Shown here one piece after another: positions 32,103 through 41,923 of a DNA stretch of 64,000 bases. The DNA is from Chloroflexota bacterium (GTDB lineage: Bacteria; Chloroflexota; Dehalococcoidia; UBA2979): contig JAQCIU010000003.1 in assembly GCA_027593235.1 (NCBI GenBank), positions 64,001 to 128,000 of the forward strand, given 5' to 3'. Position numbers and translations under genes: made by a program. The notes beneath the pieces are model-generated. The model was given only the letters and a program-made list of their open reading frames with translations. It did not search any database and was not told where the DNA came from. How positions within the stretch are numbered: position 1 is the first letter of the stretch; every line of letters begins with the position of its first letter.

Positions 32103-33023
32103 GTGGATCTGTTTGGGGTGCGACTGGTCGGCGTGAGCGCGGAAAGCGGCCGCAAGCTGCTGTTGACGCTGCTGTTCGTCGCGGTCTTCCTGGCGCTGCG
32201 GATGATCGCTCGGCTGGTGGGGCGCGGGTTCCGCCGCGAGGCCAAGAACGAGCGCGCGATGTTCTGGGGGCGTCAGGGCGTCAACCTGTTGACCACCGGC
32301 TTCCTGGTGTTGGGAACGCTGTCGATCTGGTTCAACGATCCGCGCAACCTCGCGGCCGCGGCCGGTGTGCTGACGGTGGCGCTGGCGTTCTCGATGCAGC
32401 GGGTGGTGACGGCGTTCGCGGGGTACTTCGCGATCCTCTGGAGCGGCAGCGTCCACGTGGGCGACCGGATCCAGATCGGGGGTGTGCGCGGTGACGTGAT
32501 CGGCATCGGCTTTCTACAGACGACCGTGATGGAGATGGGACTGCCGGCGGCGGGTGCGAACCCGGAGCTGTGGGTGCGGAGCCTGCAGTACACGGGTCGC
32601 GTGGTCGCGGTGAGCAACTCTCAGGTCTTCGACGATCCGGTCTACAACTACACGCGCCAGTTTCCGTACCTCTGGGACGAGATCAGCGTGCCGATCCCAT
32701 ACCGCGCCGATCGGGCGGCCGCGGAACAGATACTGCTGGACGTCGCGAACGAGCAGACGATTCAGCTTGGCGACATGAGCCGCGAGGCGCTGCGAGCGAT
32801 GCGCAACCGCTACTTCGTGCGGATGGCGGAGCTACGCCCGAAGGTCTACTACCGGCTGACCGACAACTGGCTCGAGCTGACGGTCCGCTTCGTCGTCGAG
32901 GTGCGTGGTGTCCGCGATCTGAAGAGCGCGGTCAGCCGCGAGATTCTGCGCCGCTTCGACGAGGCGGGGATCCCGATCGCCTCCTCGTCGGTGGAGGTGA
33001 CCGCGATCGAGGCGCACGAGTAT
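32103..33023 (+). CDS. MscS family mechanosensitive channel (3' end uncertain; no stop before the convergent gene)
   Basis: TM helices, VGDRIQIGGVRGDVI.IG, VYNYT...WDEI, YYRLTDNWLEL, GIPIAS; recognisable similarity ends near 33020. Confidence 0.8.
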
Positions 33024-33092
33024 TTCGTAGCCCTCGAGGGTAGCGCGTGGGGCCCGGAGAGTGGCGTCGAGGCGGCGCTGAGGGCGCGTCGG

Positions 33093-34052
33093 CTAGAAGG
33101 CGGCGGCGATGGCGTTCGCGGGCGGGAGACCGCTGGCGAGGGGCATCCAGTTGCGGCCGGTGTCGTGCGAGGCCCAGACGGTGTCGCCTGCGGAGGCGAA
33201 GGCGGTGTCTTCGCTGTCCCAGAGGCGGGTGACGCAGGGGATGCGCGCCCAGTCGTCGCCACCGGCGCCGCGATCGCTTTCGGAGGGGGCGGGGCTGGTC
33301 TTCGCGTCGAGCATGATCCGCGACCAGGTGACGCCACCGTTCGGCGAGCGGAAGAGCGCGCCCTCGCTGCCGGGGGCATGGCGGGCGGCGGCGAGGAGCA
33401 GGACGTCCGGGGTGCCGGGGAGCACGGCGATGGAGCCACCCCAGGATCGGTCGAGGCCACCGAGGGATTGGACCCAGCTAAAGCCGCCGTCATCGGAACG
33501 GTAGATGCCGGTGTCGGCGGTGGCGAAGAGCCGGTCGACCTGTTCCGGGTGCCCTTGCAGCGCGTGGAGCATGGGATCGAGGCCGTCCGAGCGTTGGAGC
33601 CAGGTGCCGCCACCATCGCGGGTGTACCAGGCGGCGCCGCCGGCGATGCCGATCAGGATGCCGTCTTTCGGGAAGAGGACGCCGGCGATGTAGGCCTGCT
33701 TGTGGCCGGTCGGGGCGACCATGCGGCGGTGTTTGACGACGTTCTGGAGACCCTCGACCTCGGACCAGGAGGCGCCGCGGTCCTCGGAACGGTAGAGCTG
33801 TGCGCCGTGGGTGCCGACGAAGAGCGTGCCGTCGGGCGCGACGCAGCCGAAGCTGGCGTCGCCGGTCCACTGCTGGCGCCAGCGCTCGTCATCGTGGACC
33901 CAGGCGCCCTGGCCGGGCGCGACGGCGATGCCGAGGTCGCCGCGGTAGTCGACGCCGGTCATGCGCGGGCCCTCGATGGCGCGGGTCGGGTCCTGGCCGG
34001 GGATCACCTGCAGCAGGCCGTCGTCCACGGCGAGCAGGATGCCGAGCATCAT
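33093..34052 (-). CDS. BNR/Asp-box beta-propeller protein (Ycf48/sialidase-like repeats)
   Basis: Repeated SxDxGxxW boxes: SEDRGASW, TRDGGGTW, SDDGGFSW, SPNGGVTW, SHDTGRNW. Confidence 0.85.
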   Translation of the reverse strand: MMLGILLAVDDGLLQVIPGQDPTRAIEGPRMTGVDYRGDLGIAVAPGQGAWVHDDERWRQQWTGDASFGCVAPDGTLFVGTHGAQLYRSEDRGASWSEVEGLQNVVKHRRMVAPTGHKQAYIAGVLFPKDGILIGIAGGAAWYTRDGGGTWLQRSDGLDPMLHALQGHPEQVDRLFATADTGIYRSDDGGFSWVQSLGGLDRSWGGSIAVLPGTPDVLLLAAARHAPGSEGALFRSPNGGVTWSRIMLDAKTSPAPSESDRGAGGDDWARIPCVTRLWDSEDTAFASAGDTVWASHDTGRNWMPLASGLPPANAIAAAF

Positions 34053-34927
34053 TCGTTGTCCCGCCGCTCCGGCATCGACTGCTCCTTCGCATCGGCAGCG
34101 TCAGCCGTTGCGTTCGCCGAGCCGTTCCCACCACCGAGACGCGCACGCAGCCGTTCGACGATCGCGGGCAACACCTCGCCCGAGGGACCGGGGATGACGA
34201 CGGTGGCGAAGTCGGTGAGCGGGGTCGGTTCCGGGTTGACCTCGATCAACGGCACGCCTCGACGGAGCGCGTCCACGGGGAATTGTGCGGCGGGGTAGAC
34301 GACGGCGGAGGTGCCGATGGTCATGAAACAGTCGGCGATAGCGGTCTCCTCCGCGCAACGGCGCAAGGCGGTCGGTGGGATCGGCTCGCCGAACATCACG
34401 GTATCGCTCTTCACCACGCTGCCGCACTCCGGGCAGCTTGGCGGGAGGGCGTCCGCGTCGATCACGAACTCCTCGCGAGGCCAGCGCGCCTCGCAGGTGA
34501 GGCAGCGGATCCAGTAACGGTTGCCGTGGATCTCGGTCAGGGAGGTCTGACCGGCGCGACGGTGCAGGTCATCGATGTTCTGGGTGATCAGGTGGCCGAG
34601 GATGCCGAGGTGCTCGAGTTCGGCGAGCGCGACATGGCCGGGGTTGGGCTGCGAGGCCTCGAGGGCCTGCGCGAACGGGTCGTTGCGGCCCTGCTCGATG
34701 CGGCGCTCCCACCAGCGGCGCGGATCGGCGGCGAAGGTCTCGAACTGGTTGAGCGGCGGCTCGCCGTGCTTGGTCCAGAGACCGTCTTCTCCTCGGAAGG
34801 TGGGGATGCCGGACTCCTTGGACATCCCGGCGCCGGCGAGCACGACGGTGTGGCCGGCGCGCGCGAGCAGACCGACCGCGAGATCGATCGCACCAGTGTG
34901 GTCGGCGAGGTCGAACGGCTGCGGCAT
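34049..34927 (-). CDS. cobB: Sir2-family NAD-dependent protein deacylase
   Basis: GAGMSKESGIPTFRG, TQNIDDLH, EIHGN, CxxC..CxxC, GTSAVVYPAA. Confidence 0.9.
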   Translation of the reverse strand: MPQPFDLADHTGAIDLAVGLLARAGHTVVLAGAGMSKESGIPTFRGEDGLWTKHGEPPLNQFETFAADPRRWWERRIEQGRNDPFAQALEASQPNPGHVALAELEHLGILGHLITQNIDDLHRRAGQTSLTEIHGNRYWIRCLTCEARWPREEFVIDADALPPSCPECGSVVKSDTVMFGEPIPPTALRRCAEETAIADCFMTIGTSAVVYPAAQFPVDALRRGVPLIEVNPEPTPLTDFATVVIPGPSGEVLPAIVERLRARLGGGNGSANATADAADAKEQSMPERRDNE

Positions 34928-35072
34928 CGCGCGATGCTACCGAGTGCCCGAGGCGAAGGGTAGGTCCGACAATCGATTTCAGAGGGGCCGAAGGTGAGCC
35001 TCCGGCGGTACCGATGGGCCGCGCCCAGAAGCAACCCGCGACGTACGCTCGAAGGAACGGAGGCGGCGGTCG

Positions 35073-35651
35073 ATGACAACGTGGCTCACACCTCGACACC
35101 TCATTGCCGTCGCGCTGGTGCTGGTGATCGGCGGGCTGTTCATCTGGCGCGAGTACGGCGGCACCGACGCGCCCTCGACGGTGATCGCGGCCGGCGAGGC
35201 GGCGCTGGCCGTCGAGGTTGGCGAACCGGTGCCGGATTTCCAACTGGCGACCCCGGACGGCGGCACGCTTCGGCTGTCCGACTTCCGCGGTCAGGCGGTG
35301 GTGCTGAACTTCTGGGCGACATGGTGCGGCCCCTGCCGCGCCGAGATGCCGGAGCTGCAGCGGATTCATGACGAACACAGCGCGGACGGCTCACTGACCG
35401 TGATCGGCGTGGATGTGATGGAGTCGCCGGGCGCGGTGACCGCGTTCGCCGCGGAGTTGGAGCTGACGTTCCCGATGGCACTGGACTCGGATGGCCAGCT
35501 CTTCGAGACCTTCGGGTTGATCGGGCTGCCGGGCACCTTCTTCATCGACGCCGATGGAGTGCTGCGGTCGCGGGTCCTCGGGCAGTTGCACGGCGAACTG
35601 CTCGACAACGGGCTGGCGGCGATCCTCGGAGATGCCGTCGCCGCGCGTTGA
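35073..35651 (+). CDS. TlpA/ResA-like membrane-anchored thiol-disulfide oxidoreductase
   Basis: N-terminal TM; NFWATWCGPCRAEMP; GLPGTFFID. Confidence 0.92.
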   Translation: MTTWLTPRHLIAVALVLVIGGLFIWREYGGTDAPSTVIAAGEAALAVEVGEPVPDFQLATPDGGTLRLSDFRGQAVVLNFWATWCGPCRAEMPELQRIHDEHSADGSLTVIGVDVMESPGAVTAFAAELELTFPMALDSDGQLFETFGLIGLPGTFFIDADGVLRSRVLGQLHGELLDNGLAAILGDAVAAR

Positions 35652-35790
35652 GCGCGCGGTCTACTCCCGGCGCCGGACGCTGACGGAACGACTGGCCTCG
35701 GTCGGTGGTGCGCTCGGGAGGGTGGCCTAGACTCGGGCGGCAGCCACGTCTCGCGCGGCATCGCGCGCGGCGAGCCGAGCGGAGCAGCGC

Positions 35791-36192
35791 GTGCGACTGG
35801 AACTGGCCTTTCTCTGTGATGCGGCGACGGAATCGGGCGGGAAGCTCAACGCCCTGGGCATCGCGATCGACCGTCTGATCGTGCCGGTGCTGCCGCAGCG
35901 ACACCGACGGTTGGTCCTGGTGGTGCGGATCGTGTTCGAACCGGAAGACCAGGGCTCCCACCAGTTCGCGATCGAATTGATTGGTCCGGACGGCAACGCC
36001 GTCGCCCCGCGCGCGGAGGCACAGTTGGAGGTACAGGTCGCGGATCCGGCGCAGCCGACGCGGGCGAACGTCATCATTGAGCTGGCGAATCCGGAGTTCA
36101 CGGTGATCGGGCCGCACGAGGCGAAGCTGAGCCTGGACGGATCCGAGCTGGTCGCGCTGCCCCTGGAGGTCTCGCTGCGCGAGGTGGGTTAG
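35791..36192 (+). CDS. Conserved hypothetical beta-sandwich protein (DUF6941-like)
   Basis: LAFLCDAA...GKLNALG...GPDG...F...G.H pattern. Confidence 0.7.
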   Translation: MRLELAFLCDAATESGGKLNALGIAIDRLIVPVLPQRHRRLVLVVRIVFEPEDQGSHQFAIELIGPDGNAVAPRAEAQLEVQVADPAQPTRANVIIELANPEFTVIGPHEAKLSLDGSELVALPLEVSLREVG

Positions 36193-36287
36193 GGTTCGCC
36201 TCGCCCCAACCAAGGGGAATCCCGCTCGCTTTGGCCGCGGCCGCCCGCTTCACTGACAAGACAACGACGCAGGCGTGCAGGTGCTCC

Positions 36288-36485
36288 ATGACCAAACTGA
36301 CCGCAGACGACATCGTCGACCTGGGGCGATGGCATTTCATCCAGTTCAAGGATGAGGCCACCGCCGAGGCCGCGATGAACAAGTACCGCCGCTTCGTCGA
36401 GCGTCAGCGACGCACGACCGAGGGCGCTGGTGGGGCTCAGTACTTCGACGACCCTGCCGATGATCAGGATCAGCAGGCGGCGTAA
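36288..36485 (+). CDS. Small hypothetical protein (65 aa)
   Basis: ATG after CAGGTG; GC-rich third codon positions; acidic tail ending QQAA. Confidence 0.6.
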   Translation: MTKLTADDIVDLGRWHFIQFKDEATAEAAMNKYRRFVERQRRTTEGAGGAQYFDDPADDQDQQAA

Positions 36486-36706
36486 CTCGCTCCCGCTCCC
36501 CGAGGCCCCTTGCTGCATTGGCACTCGCGTCGATCCGCTCGATGACGCGAGTGTCTCCACGTGCCGAGCGCGGCCGCGCCCGTGCCCGCGTGCGAGCGCT
36601 TCACCATCCTCGATTGATGCGACAGCTCGTGAGTTGACGCCGCTTCGCGTCCGCTGCCAGATTGCGCCCACTGCGGGACACTCCCGCGAACGCGTGAGGA
36701 GCAGCT

Positions 36707-36922
36707 GTGGCGGACGTGAATGCGGAATGGCCGGGGCGTGTGGCGGAAGTCCACGTGGCGGTTGGCGATCAGGTCGAGGCTGAGCAAGAACTGTTTACGC
36801 TCGAGTCGATGAAGATGCTGACGCCGATTCCGGCATCGCGCGCTGGCAAGATCGCCGAGATCCTGGTGGCAGTCGACGACTTCGTCGACGAAGGCGCCAC
36901 CCTCGCTCGCCTCGCAGACTGA
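36707..36922 (+). CDS. Biotin carboxyl carrier protein
   Basis: ESMKM biotinylation motif; GAGGAG RBS. Confidence 0.9.
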   Translation: MADVNAEWPGRVAEVHVAVGDQVEAEQELFTLESMKMLTPIPASRAGKIAEILVAVDDFVDEGATLARLAD

Positions 36923-36988
36923 CCGAATCACGGGAAGCCGCCCGCCTCGCGGACTGATGCGCTCGCGAGCGGCAGGCCGGAGGGACGC

Positions 36989-38548
36989 ATGGTCTGGCAA
37001 CCGGAGATCGACGACCTGAAGCGACGCCGCGAGCTGGCGTACGAGATGGGCTCGCCCGAGCGCGTCCAGCGACACCACGACCGCGGCCACCTGACCGTTC
37101 GTGAGCGGCTGGATCTGCTTGTCGATCCCGGGACGTTCCGCGAACGCGGCGTGCTGGCCGGCAAGGCGACGTACGACGAGGACGGCAACCTCGCGAGTTT
37201 CATCCCGTCCAACTACGTGATGGGTGTCGCGAAAATTGATGGCCGATCGGTGGTCGTCGGTGGCGATGACTTCACCGTCCGGGGTGGCGCGGCCGACGGT
37301 GCGGTGGGCGGCAAGTCCGGCCACGCGGAGCGGATGGCCGCCGAGCTGCGCATCCCGGTGATCCGGATGGTCGACGGCACGGGCGGCGGCGGCTCGGTCA
37401 AAACGATCGAGGACATCGGCCGGACCTACATCCCCGGCAACACCGGCTGGGACGTGATCACGCGGGCGATGTCGGAGATCCCGATGGTTGCCACGGCGAT
37501 GGGATCGATCGCGGGCATCGGCGCGGCACGCGTCGCCGCCAGCCACTTTTCGATCATGATCAAAGGCAACTCGCAGGTCTTCATCGCCGGCCCGCCGGTG
37601 GTGGAGCGCGCCTTCGGGCAGCCGATCGAGAAGGAAGACCTCGGCGGATCGCACATCCACGCGCACGGTAGCGGTGTCGTCGACAACGAGGTGGAGACGG
37701 AGGAGGAGGCGTTCGAGGAGATCAAGCGCTTCCTCTCGTACCTGCCCTCGAACGCCTGGCAGCTTCCACCGGTGTGCGAGAGCAGCGACCCGTGGGATCG
37801 GCGCGACGAGGGCTTGCTCTCCGTGATCCCGAGGGACCGCCGCCGCCCCCACGACATCCGCAAGCTGCTGGCGATGATCCTGGATGAGGGCAGCTTCTTC
37901 GAGATCGCGCGCTACTTCGGTCCGTCGCTTGTGGTGGGGCTGGCGCGCCTCGGGGGGCGACCGGTCGGCGTGCTCGCGAACGACCCACGGATGCTCGGCG
38001 GCTCGATGGATGGCGCGGCCTCTGACAAGTTCGCGCGCTTCATCGACCTCTTCGACACCTTTAATCTGCCGATCGTGAATTTCGTCGATCAGCCGGGCTT
38101 CATGCTGGGGACGGCCGCGGAGTCCTCGGGCGTGGCGCGTCGCGGGGTGCGAGCGCTCGCGGCCGTGAACCAGGCAGTGGTGCCTTGGGCCTCGGTGGTG
38201 GTGCGCCGCGCGTACGGCGTCGCCGGGGCGGGGCATCAGAACCACGCGCGCTGGAACTACCGGATCGCGTGGCCCTCGGGCGACTGGGGTTCGCTGCCAA
38301 TCGAGGGCGGCGTGCAAGCCGCCTACCGGCGCGACATCGAGGCGGCCGAGGATCCGGACGCGTATCGCGCGGCCCTCGAGGAGAAGCTGAGCGACCTGCG
38401 CTCGCCGTTCCGCACGGCGGAGGCGTTCAACATCGAAGACATCATCGATCCTCGGGAGACTCGCCCGCTGCTCTGCGAGTGGGTGGAGCTGGTGTACCAG
38501 TCGCTGGACACGATCGCGCGCCCGAAGTCGCGGGGGACGCGGCCGTAG
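36989..38548 (+). CDS. Acyl-CoA carboxylase carboxyltransferase (beta) subunit
   Basis: LTVRERL, DFTVRGG, EDLGG, DQPGF, DIIDPRETR. Confidence 0.92.
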   Translation: MVWQPEIDDLKRRRELAYEMGSPERVQRHHDRGHLTVRERLDLLVDPGTFRERGVLAGKATYDEDGNLASFIPSNYVMGVAKIDGRSVVVGGDDFTVRGGAADGAVGGKSGHAERMAAELRIPVIRMVDGTGGGGSVKTIEDIGRTYIPGNTGWDVITRAMSEIPMVATAMGSIAGIGAARVAASHFSIMIKGNSQVFIAGPPVVERAFGQPIEKEDLGGSHIHAHGSGVVDNEVETEEEAFEEIKRFLSYLPSNAWQLPPVCESSDPWDRRDEGLLSVIPRDRRRPHDIRKLLAMILDEGSFFEIARYFGPSLVVGLARLGGRPVGVLANDPRMLGGSMDGAASDKFARFIDLFDTFNLPIVNFVDQPGFMLGTAAESSGVARRGVRALAAVNQAVVPWASVVVRRAYGVAGAGHQNHARWNYRIAWPSGDWGSLPIEGGVQAAYRRDIEAAEDPDAYRAALEEKLSDLRSPFRTAEAFNIEDIIDPRETRPLLCEWVELVYQSLDTIARPKSRGTRP

Positions 38549-38867
38549 GGGCGTTCCTTCGGACGGCGGTGAGGAGACCGAGGACTAGCGCGAGGGCGCC
38601 GACGGTCGCGACGCCGAGCAGCAACGGCGCCGGCATCCAGGCGAACCGCTGTCGCGGTTCGCCGGTCCACGACTTGAGTTCCTCACGACCGCCGAGGGCG
38701 AGCTTGTCGAGGATGTGCGAGACGTGGAATCGCACGGTGTTCACGCTGATGCCGAGTCGGACTGCGATCTCCGCGTTGGTCCGTCCGTCGCGCACGTGCT
38801 CGGCCACCCGCCATTCAGCGGGGGTGAGTACGTCCGGATGTCGCGGGCGTCCGCGTCCCCTGGCCAC
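38442..38867 (-). CDS. LuxR-type HTH protein with C-terminal TM helix
   Basis: GRPRHPDVLTPAEWRV...GRTNAEIAVRLGISVNTVRFHVSHILDKL, then hydrophobic PLLLGVATVGALALVLGLL. Confidence 0.8.
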   Translation of the reverse strand: MARGRGRPRHPDVLTPAEWRVAEHVRDGRTNAEIAVRLGISVNTVRFHVSHILDKLALGGREELKSWTGEPRQRFAWMPAPLLLGVATVGALALVLGLLTAVRRNAPTAASPATSGARSCPATGTPAPPTRRAAGESPEDR

Positions 38868-38925
38868 GCCCCGATCCTAGGGATTCCGCGGGCGAATTAC
38901 GCCGTCCTCGGGCGGTGGCCGACGG

Positions 38926-39375
38926 TTAGTCGGCGTGTCCGCGGGGGGTGCCACCATCCCGGGGGATGCGGATCTCATCTGGGAATTCGGCGAGGAGGAT
39001 TCGTGGGTCCTCGCCGGCGAAGAAGCGGCGGGTGAACTCGGCCCAGCGGAGTGCGGGGCGCATCTCGATGCGGAGGCGGACGGGGTCCTCCGTTGGGTTC
39101 CACGCGAGATGGGCGGCGCCCGGCGGCGCGGATATCTGCTCGCCAGCTCCGAGTTCAGTTTCCACCCCGTCGATCAGGAAGGCGGCGCGGCCTTCGAGCA
39201 CGCGCCACGTTTCTTCCATGCCGGGGTGGATGTGGGCAGCCGCCCGCTGACCCGGTCTTGGCCATTCGACAGCCATCGCGAGCAGTTCGGGTGTTTCGGA
39301 GATCACCTCGACCCGCTCGCCCGTGAGCGGGTTTACGAACACATTCCGCGCGGCGTCGGATGGCAGAGTGCTCAC
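38926..39375 (-). CDS. Cupin domain protein
   Basis: HIHPGMEE...PPGAAH cupin motifs. Confidence 0.85.
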   Translation of the reverse strand: MSTLPSDAARNVFVNPLTGERVEVISETPELLAMAVEWPRPGQRAAAHIHPGMEETWRVLEGRAAFLIDGVETELGAGEQISAPPGAAHLAWNPTEDPVRLRIEMRPALRWAEFTRRFFAGEDPRILLAEFPDEIRIPRDGGTPRGHAD

Positions 39376-39382
39376 GTCGCGT

Positions 39383-40042
39383 CTAGTCGATGATGCGGTG
39401 GTGGCGGAGGGTGGCCATCATCTGGGTGGCGGGGTCGTTGGCGTAGTCGATGTGGCGGGCGGACCAGCCGTAGCGGCGGGCGGCGTCGACGTTGGGCTTG
39501 GTGTCTTCGAAGAAGAGGATGCGCGCCTTGTTCAGGTCGGCGGCTTCGACGAAGGCGTCGAAGATGGCGGGGTCGGGCTTGGCCTGGCGGAGGATGTGGC
39601 TGGCGTGGAGCTGCTGGATCGCGCCGAGGTTGGGGTAGTCGGCGTAGCTCTTGTCGTCGACGCCGAGCAGTTCCCAGTGGCGCTGGTTGGTGTTGGAGAG
39701 GGCGGCGGTCGCGAGGCCGGCGTCGTGGATGGCGTCGATCACCTCGCGGATGCCGGGGTACTCCTCGATGGTCCAGGCTTCCATGATTCGCTTCGCGTCC
39801 TCGGGGGTGTAGGCGCCCTCGGAGGCCTCGGAGATGGCGGTGGCCCAATCTTCGAACTCGATGCCGCCGGTCTGGTAGGCGTGGGCAGCTTCGGCGCTAC
39901 GCGGGTGGAAGTCGGGCGAGGTGAGCATCGGGTGGTCGCCGGGCAGGCCGGCGAGGCGATGGGCGTCGTTCCAGCCGCGGGCGATCTGCACGAGCACGCC
40001 GCCGAGGTCGAAGACGACCGCATCGATTCGAGTTTTTGCCAC
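39383..40042 (-). CDS. HAD family phosphatase
   Basis: FDLGGVL, LSNT, KPD, FFED. Confidence 0.92.
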   Translation of the reverse strand: MAKTRIDAVVFDLGGVLVQIARGWNDAHRLAGLPGDHPMLTSPDFHPRSAEAAHAYQTGGIEFEDWATAISEASEGAYTPEDAKRIMEAWTIEEYPGIREVIDAIHDAGLATAALSNTNQRHWELLGVDDKSYADYPNLGAIQQLHASHILRQAKPDPAIFDAFVEAADLNKARILFFEDTKPNVDAARRYGWSARHIDYANDPATQMMATLRHHRIID

Positions 40043-41251
40043 TTAGATTGCCCCTGCCTCGCGTAGTTGTTCGATCTCGGGCCAGGTGTAGCCGGCCTCG
40101 AGGAGTATCTCCTCAGTGTGCATCCCCAGCTCAGGGCCGCCACCGCGGATGCGCGGCGGGGTGGCGCTCATCTGCACCGGAGGGCCGGGGACGCGCATCG
40201 AGCCGAGCTGGTCGTGCTCGATCTCCTGGAAGTAGCCGTTGGCCCAGAACTGCTCGTGCTGGACGACGCCTTCGTAGTCGAGGACGGGGGCGTGCGGGAC
40301 ATCGGCGGCGGTGAGCGGGCCGATCCAGTCGGCGAGCGGGCGCTCCGAGAAGATCGCTGCCAGCGCCTCGACGAGTTCCTCCTTGTGGGCGGCGCGGCCG
40401 AAGGGATCGAGGAAGCGCGGATCCTCGTTGAGTTCGGGGTGGCGGAGGGCGTCACACATCCGTTCCCAGAAGCGCTGGGTGTTGGCGGCGATGGCGATGT
40501 GCTTGCCGTCGGCGCAGGCGTAGTTGGTGTAGGTGGCCGCGCGCCGGCGCTCGAAGCCGCTCTGGAACGCGGTGCGGAGGTAGCGCGTGAACTGCATCGA
40601 CTGCAGCGCGGTCAGCCCGCCAATCAACGAGACGTCGACGTGCTGCCCGACCCCGAAACGCTCGCGCGCGAACAGCGCCGAGGACACGCCGAAGGCGAGG
40701 AGCATGGCGCCGATCTGATCGGCAAAGCCGCCGATCAGCGCGTGCGGCTCACCGCCGGGCCCGTCGCCCTGCTCGTACATCACGCCGCTGAGCGCCTGGC
40801 CGACGTGGTCGTAGCCGGGGCTGTTCGCCAGCGGTCCCTGTCGTCCCCACGAGGAACCCGAGCCGACGATGATGTCCTCGCGGATCTGCTTGAGGTCCTC
40901 GTAGCCGAGGCCCCACTTCTCCATCGCGCCCGGACGGAAGTTCTCGACAACGACGTCGAAGGAGGGGATGAGCCGTCGGACGACGTCGCGCGCCTCGGAG
41001 GTGCGCAGGTTGAGGGTGATCGACTTCTTGCTGCGGTTGTAGCCCTCGAAGTAGGCGGAGAAGCCGGTGTCGTCGCGGCCGTTCGCGCGTCCCGGTTCGC
41101 CGCCGGGTTCTTCGACCTTGACCACCTCGGCTCCCATTTCGGCGAGGAGCATCGTGGCGAACGGACCCTGCTGGTAGCGGGTGAAGTCGAGGATGCGGGT
41201 GCCTGTCAGCGCAGAGGCGCCGTCCGGGAGGGGCAAGTGTTCAGAGGTCAT
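40043..41251 (-). CDS. CaiB/BaiF family III CoA-transferase
   Basis: RILDFT...GPFATMLLAEMGAEVVKVE, NRSKKSI, ENFRPG, GYD. Confidence 0.92.
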   Translation of the reverse strand: MTSEHLPLPDGASALTGTRILDFTRYQQGPFATMLLAEMGAEVVKVEEPGGEPGRANGRDDTGFSAYFEGYNRSKKSITLNLRTSEARDVVRRLIPSFDVVVENFRPGAMEKWGLGYEDLKQIREDIIVGSGSSWGRQGPLANSPGYDHVGQALSGVMYEQGDGPGGEPHALIGGFADQIGAMLLAFGVSSALFARERFGVGQHVDVSLIGGLTALQSMQFTRYLRTAFQSGFERRRAATYTNYACADGKHIAIAANTQRFWERMCDALRHPELNEDPRFLDPFGRAAHKEELVEALAAIFSERPLADWIGPLTAADVPHAPVLDYEGVVQHEQFWANGYFQEIEHDQLGSMRVPGPPVQMSATPPRIRGGGPELGMHTEEILLEAGYTWPEIEQLREAGAI

Positions 41252-41254
41252 TGA

Positions 41255-41815
41255 CTACACGTCATAACGGTAAGTCCACTCCGGCTGCCAGTAGTCGCCA
41301 CTGGTGGTCGAGGCGAGCGCGTCGGCGAGCGGCACGCCTTGGGCGATGTGTTCGAGGGCGACGTACGGGGCGTGGTGGCCGATCAGCAGCACGGTGCCGC
41401 GAGGGTACTCGCGGGCGAGATCATCGAGGAGCGCGCGGATGCGGACGGCGACGTCCTCGTAGCTCTCGCCCTTGGGGAAGGGCGCGCCGACGCGGCTCGC
41501 GCGGATGGTGTCGACCGCGGATTTCGGCGCACCGTTGAGGTCGCCGTAGTTGCACTCGCGGAGGCGCCGGTCGATGCGGATCGGGAGGCCGCGATCCTCG
41601 AAGGCGAGTTCGGCGGTGCGGCGGGCGCGCAGCAGATCCGAGGCGACGACCACCTCGAAGGTGCGGGTCGCCCAGCGGGCGGCGCGCTCGGCGCACTCTT
41701 CGATGCCGCGCGGGGCGAGGTCGGGGTCGGCGTGGCCGGAGGCGATGCCGGCGACGTTATCGGTGCTGGTGGCGTGGGTGCTGTAGACGATTTGCACGAC
41801 GCCCTCCAGGAGCAC
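41255..41815 (-). CDS. Histidine phosphatase family protein (THA variant of RHG)
   Basis: YSTHATSTDN, SDLLRARRT, LRECNYG, GESY, IGH. Confidence 0.85.
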   Translation of the reverse strand: MLLEGVVQIVYSTHATSTDNVAGIASGHADPDLAPRGIEECAERAARWATRTFEVVVASDLLRARRTAELAFEDRGLPIRIDRRLRECNYGDLNGAPKSAVDTIRASRVGAPFPKGESYEDVAVRIRALLDDLAREYPRGTVLLIGHHAPYVALEHIAQGVPLADALASTTSGDYWQPEWTYRYDV

Positions 41816-41861
41816 ATCGAGTTCCCGACCTTACCTCGGAACGTTCGCTAGCAGAGGCGAA

Positions 41862-41888
41862 GCCCCAAGAAGGGCTCGAAGACCCCCT
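41862..41888 (-). repeat. Partial third copy of the GGGGGTCTTCGA hairpin element
   Basis: Reverse complement AGGGGGTCTTCGAGCCCTTCTTGGGGC resembles 47580-47612. Confidence 0.45.
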
Positions 41889-41923
41889 CGCGGTTGGTGT
41901 GGGGGCAGTCTACGATTCGGCGC

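Noticed and set aside
32103-34298. 731-aa MscS fusion protein
   Set aside because: The C-terminal ~420 aa is the antisense shadow of the BNR and cobB genes.
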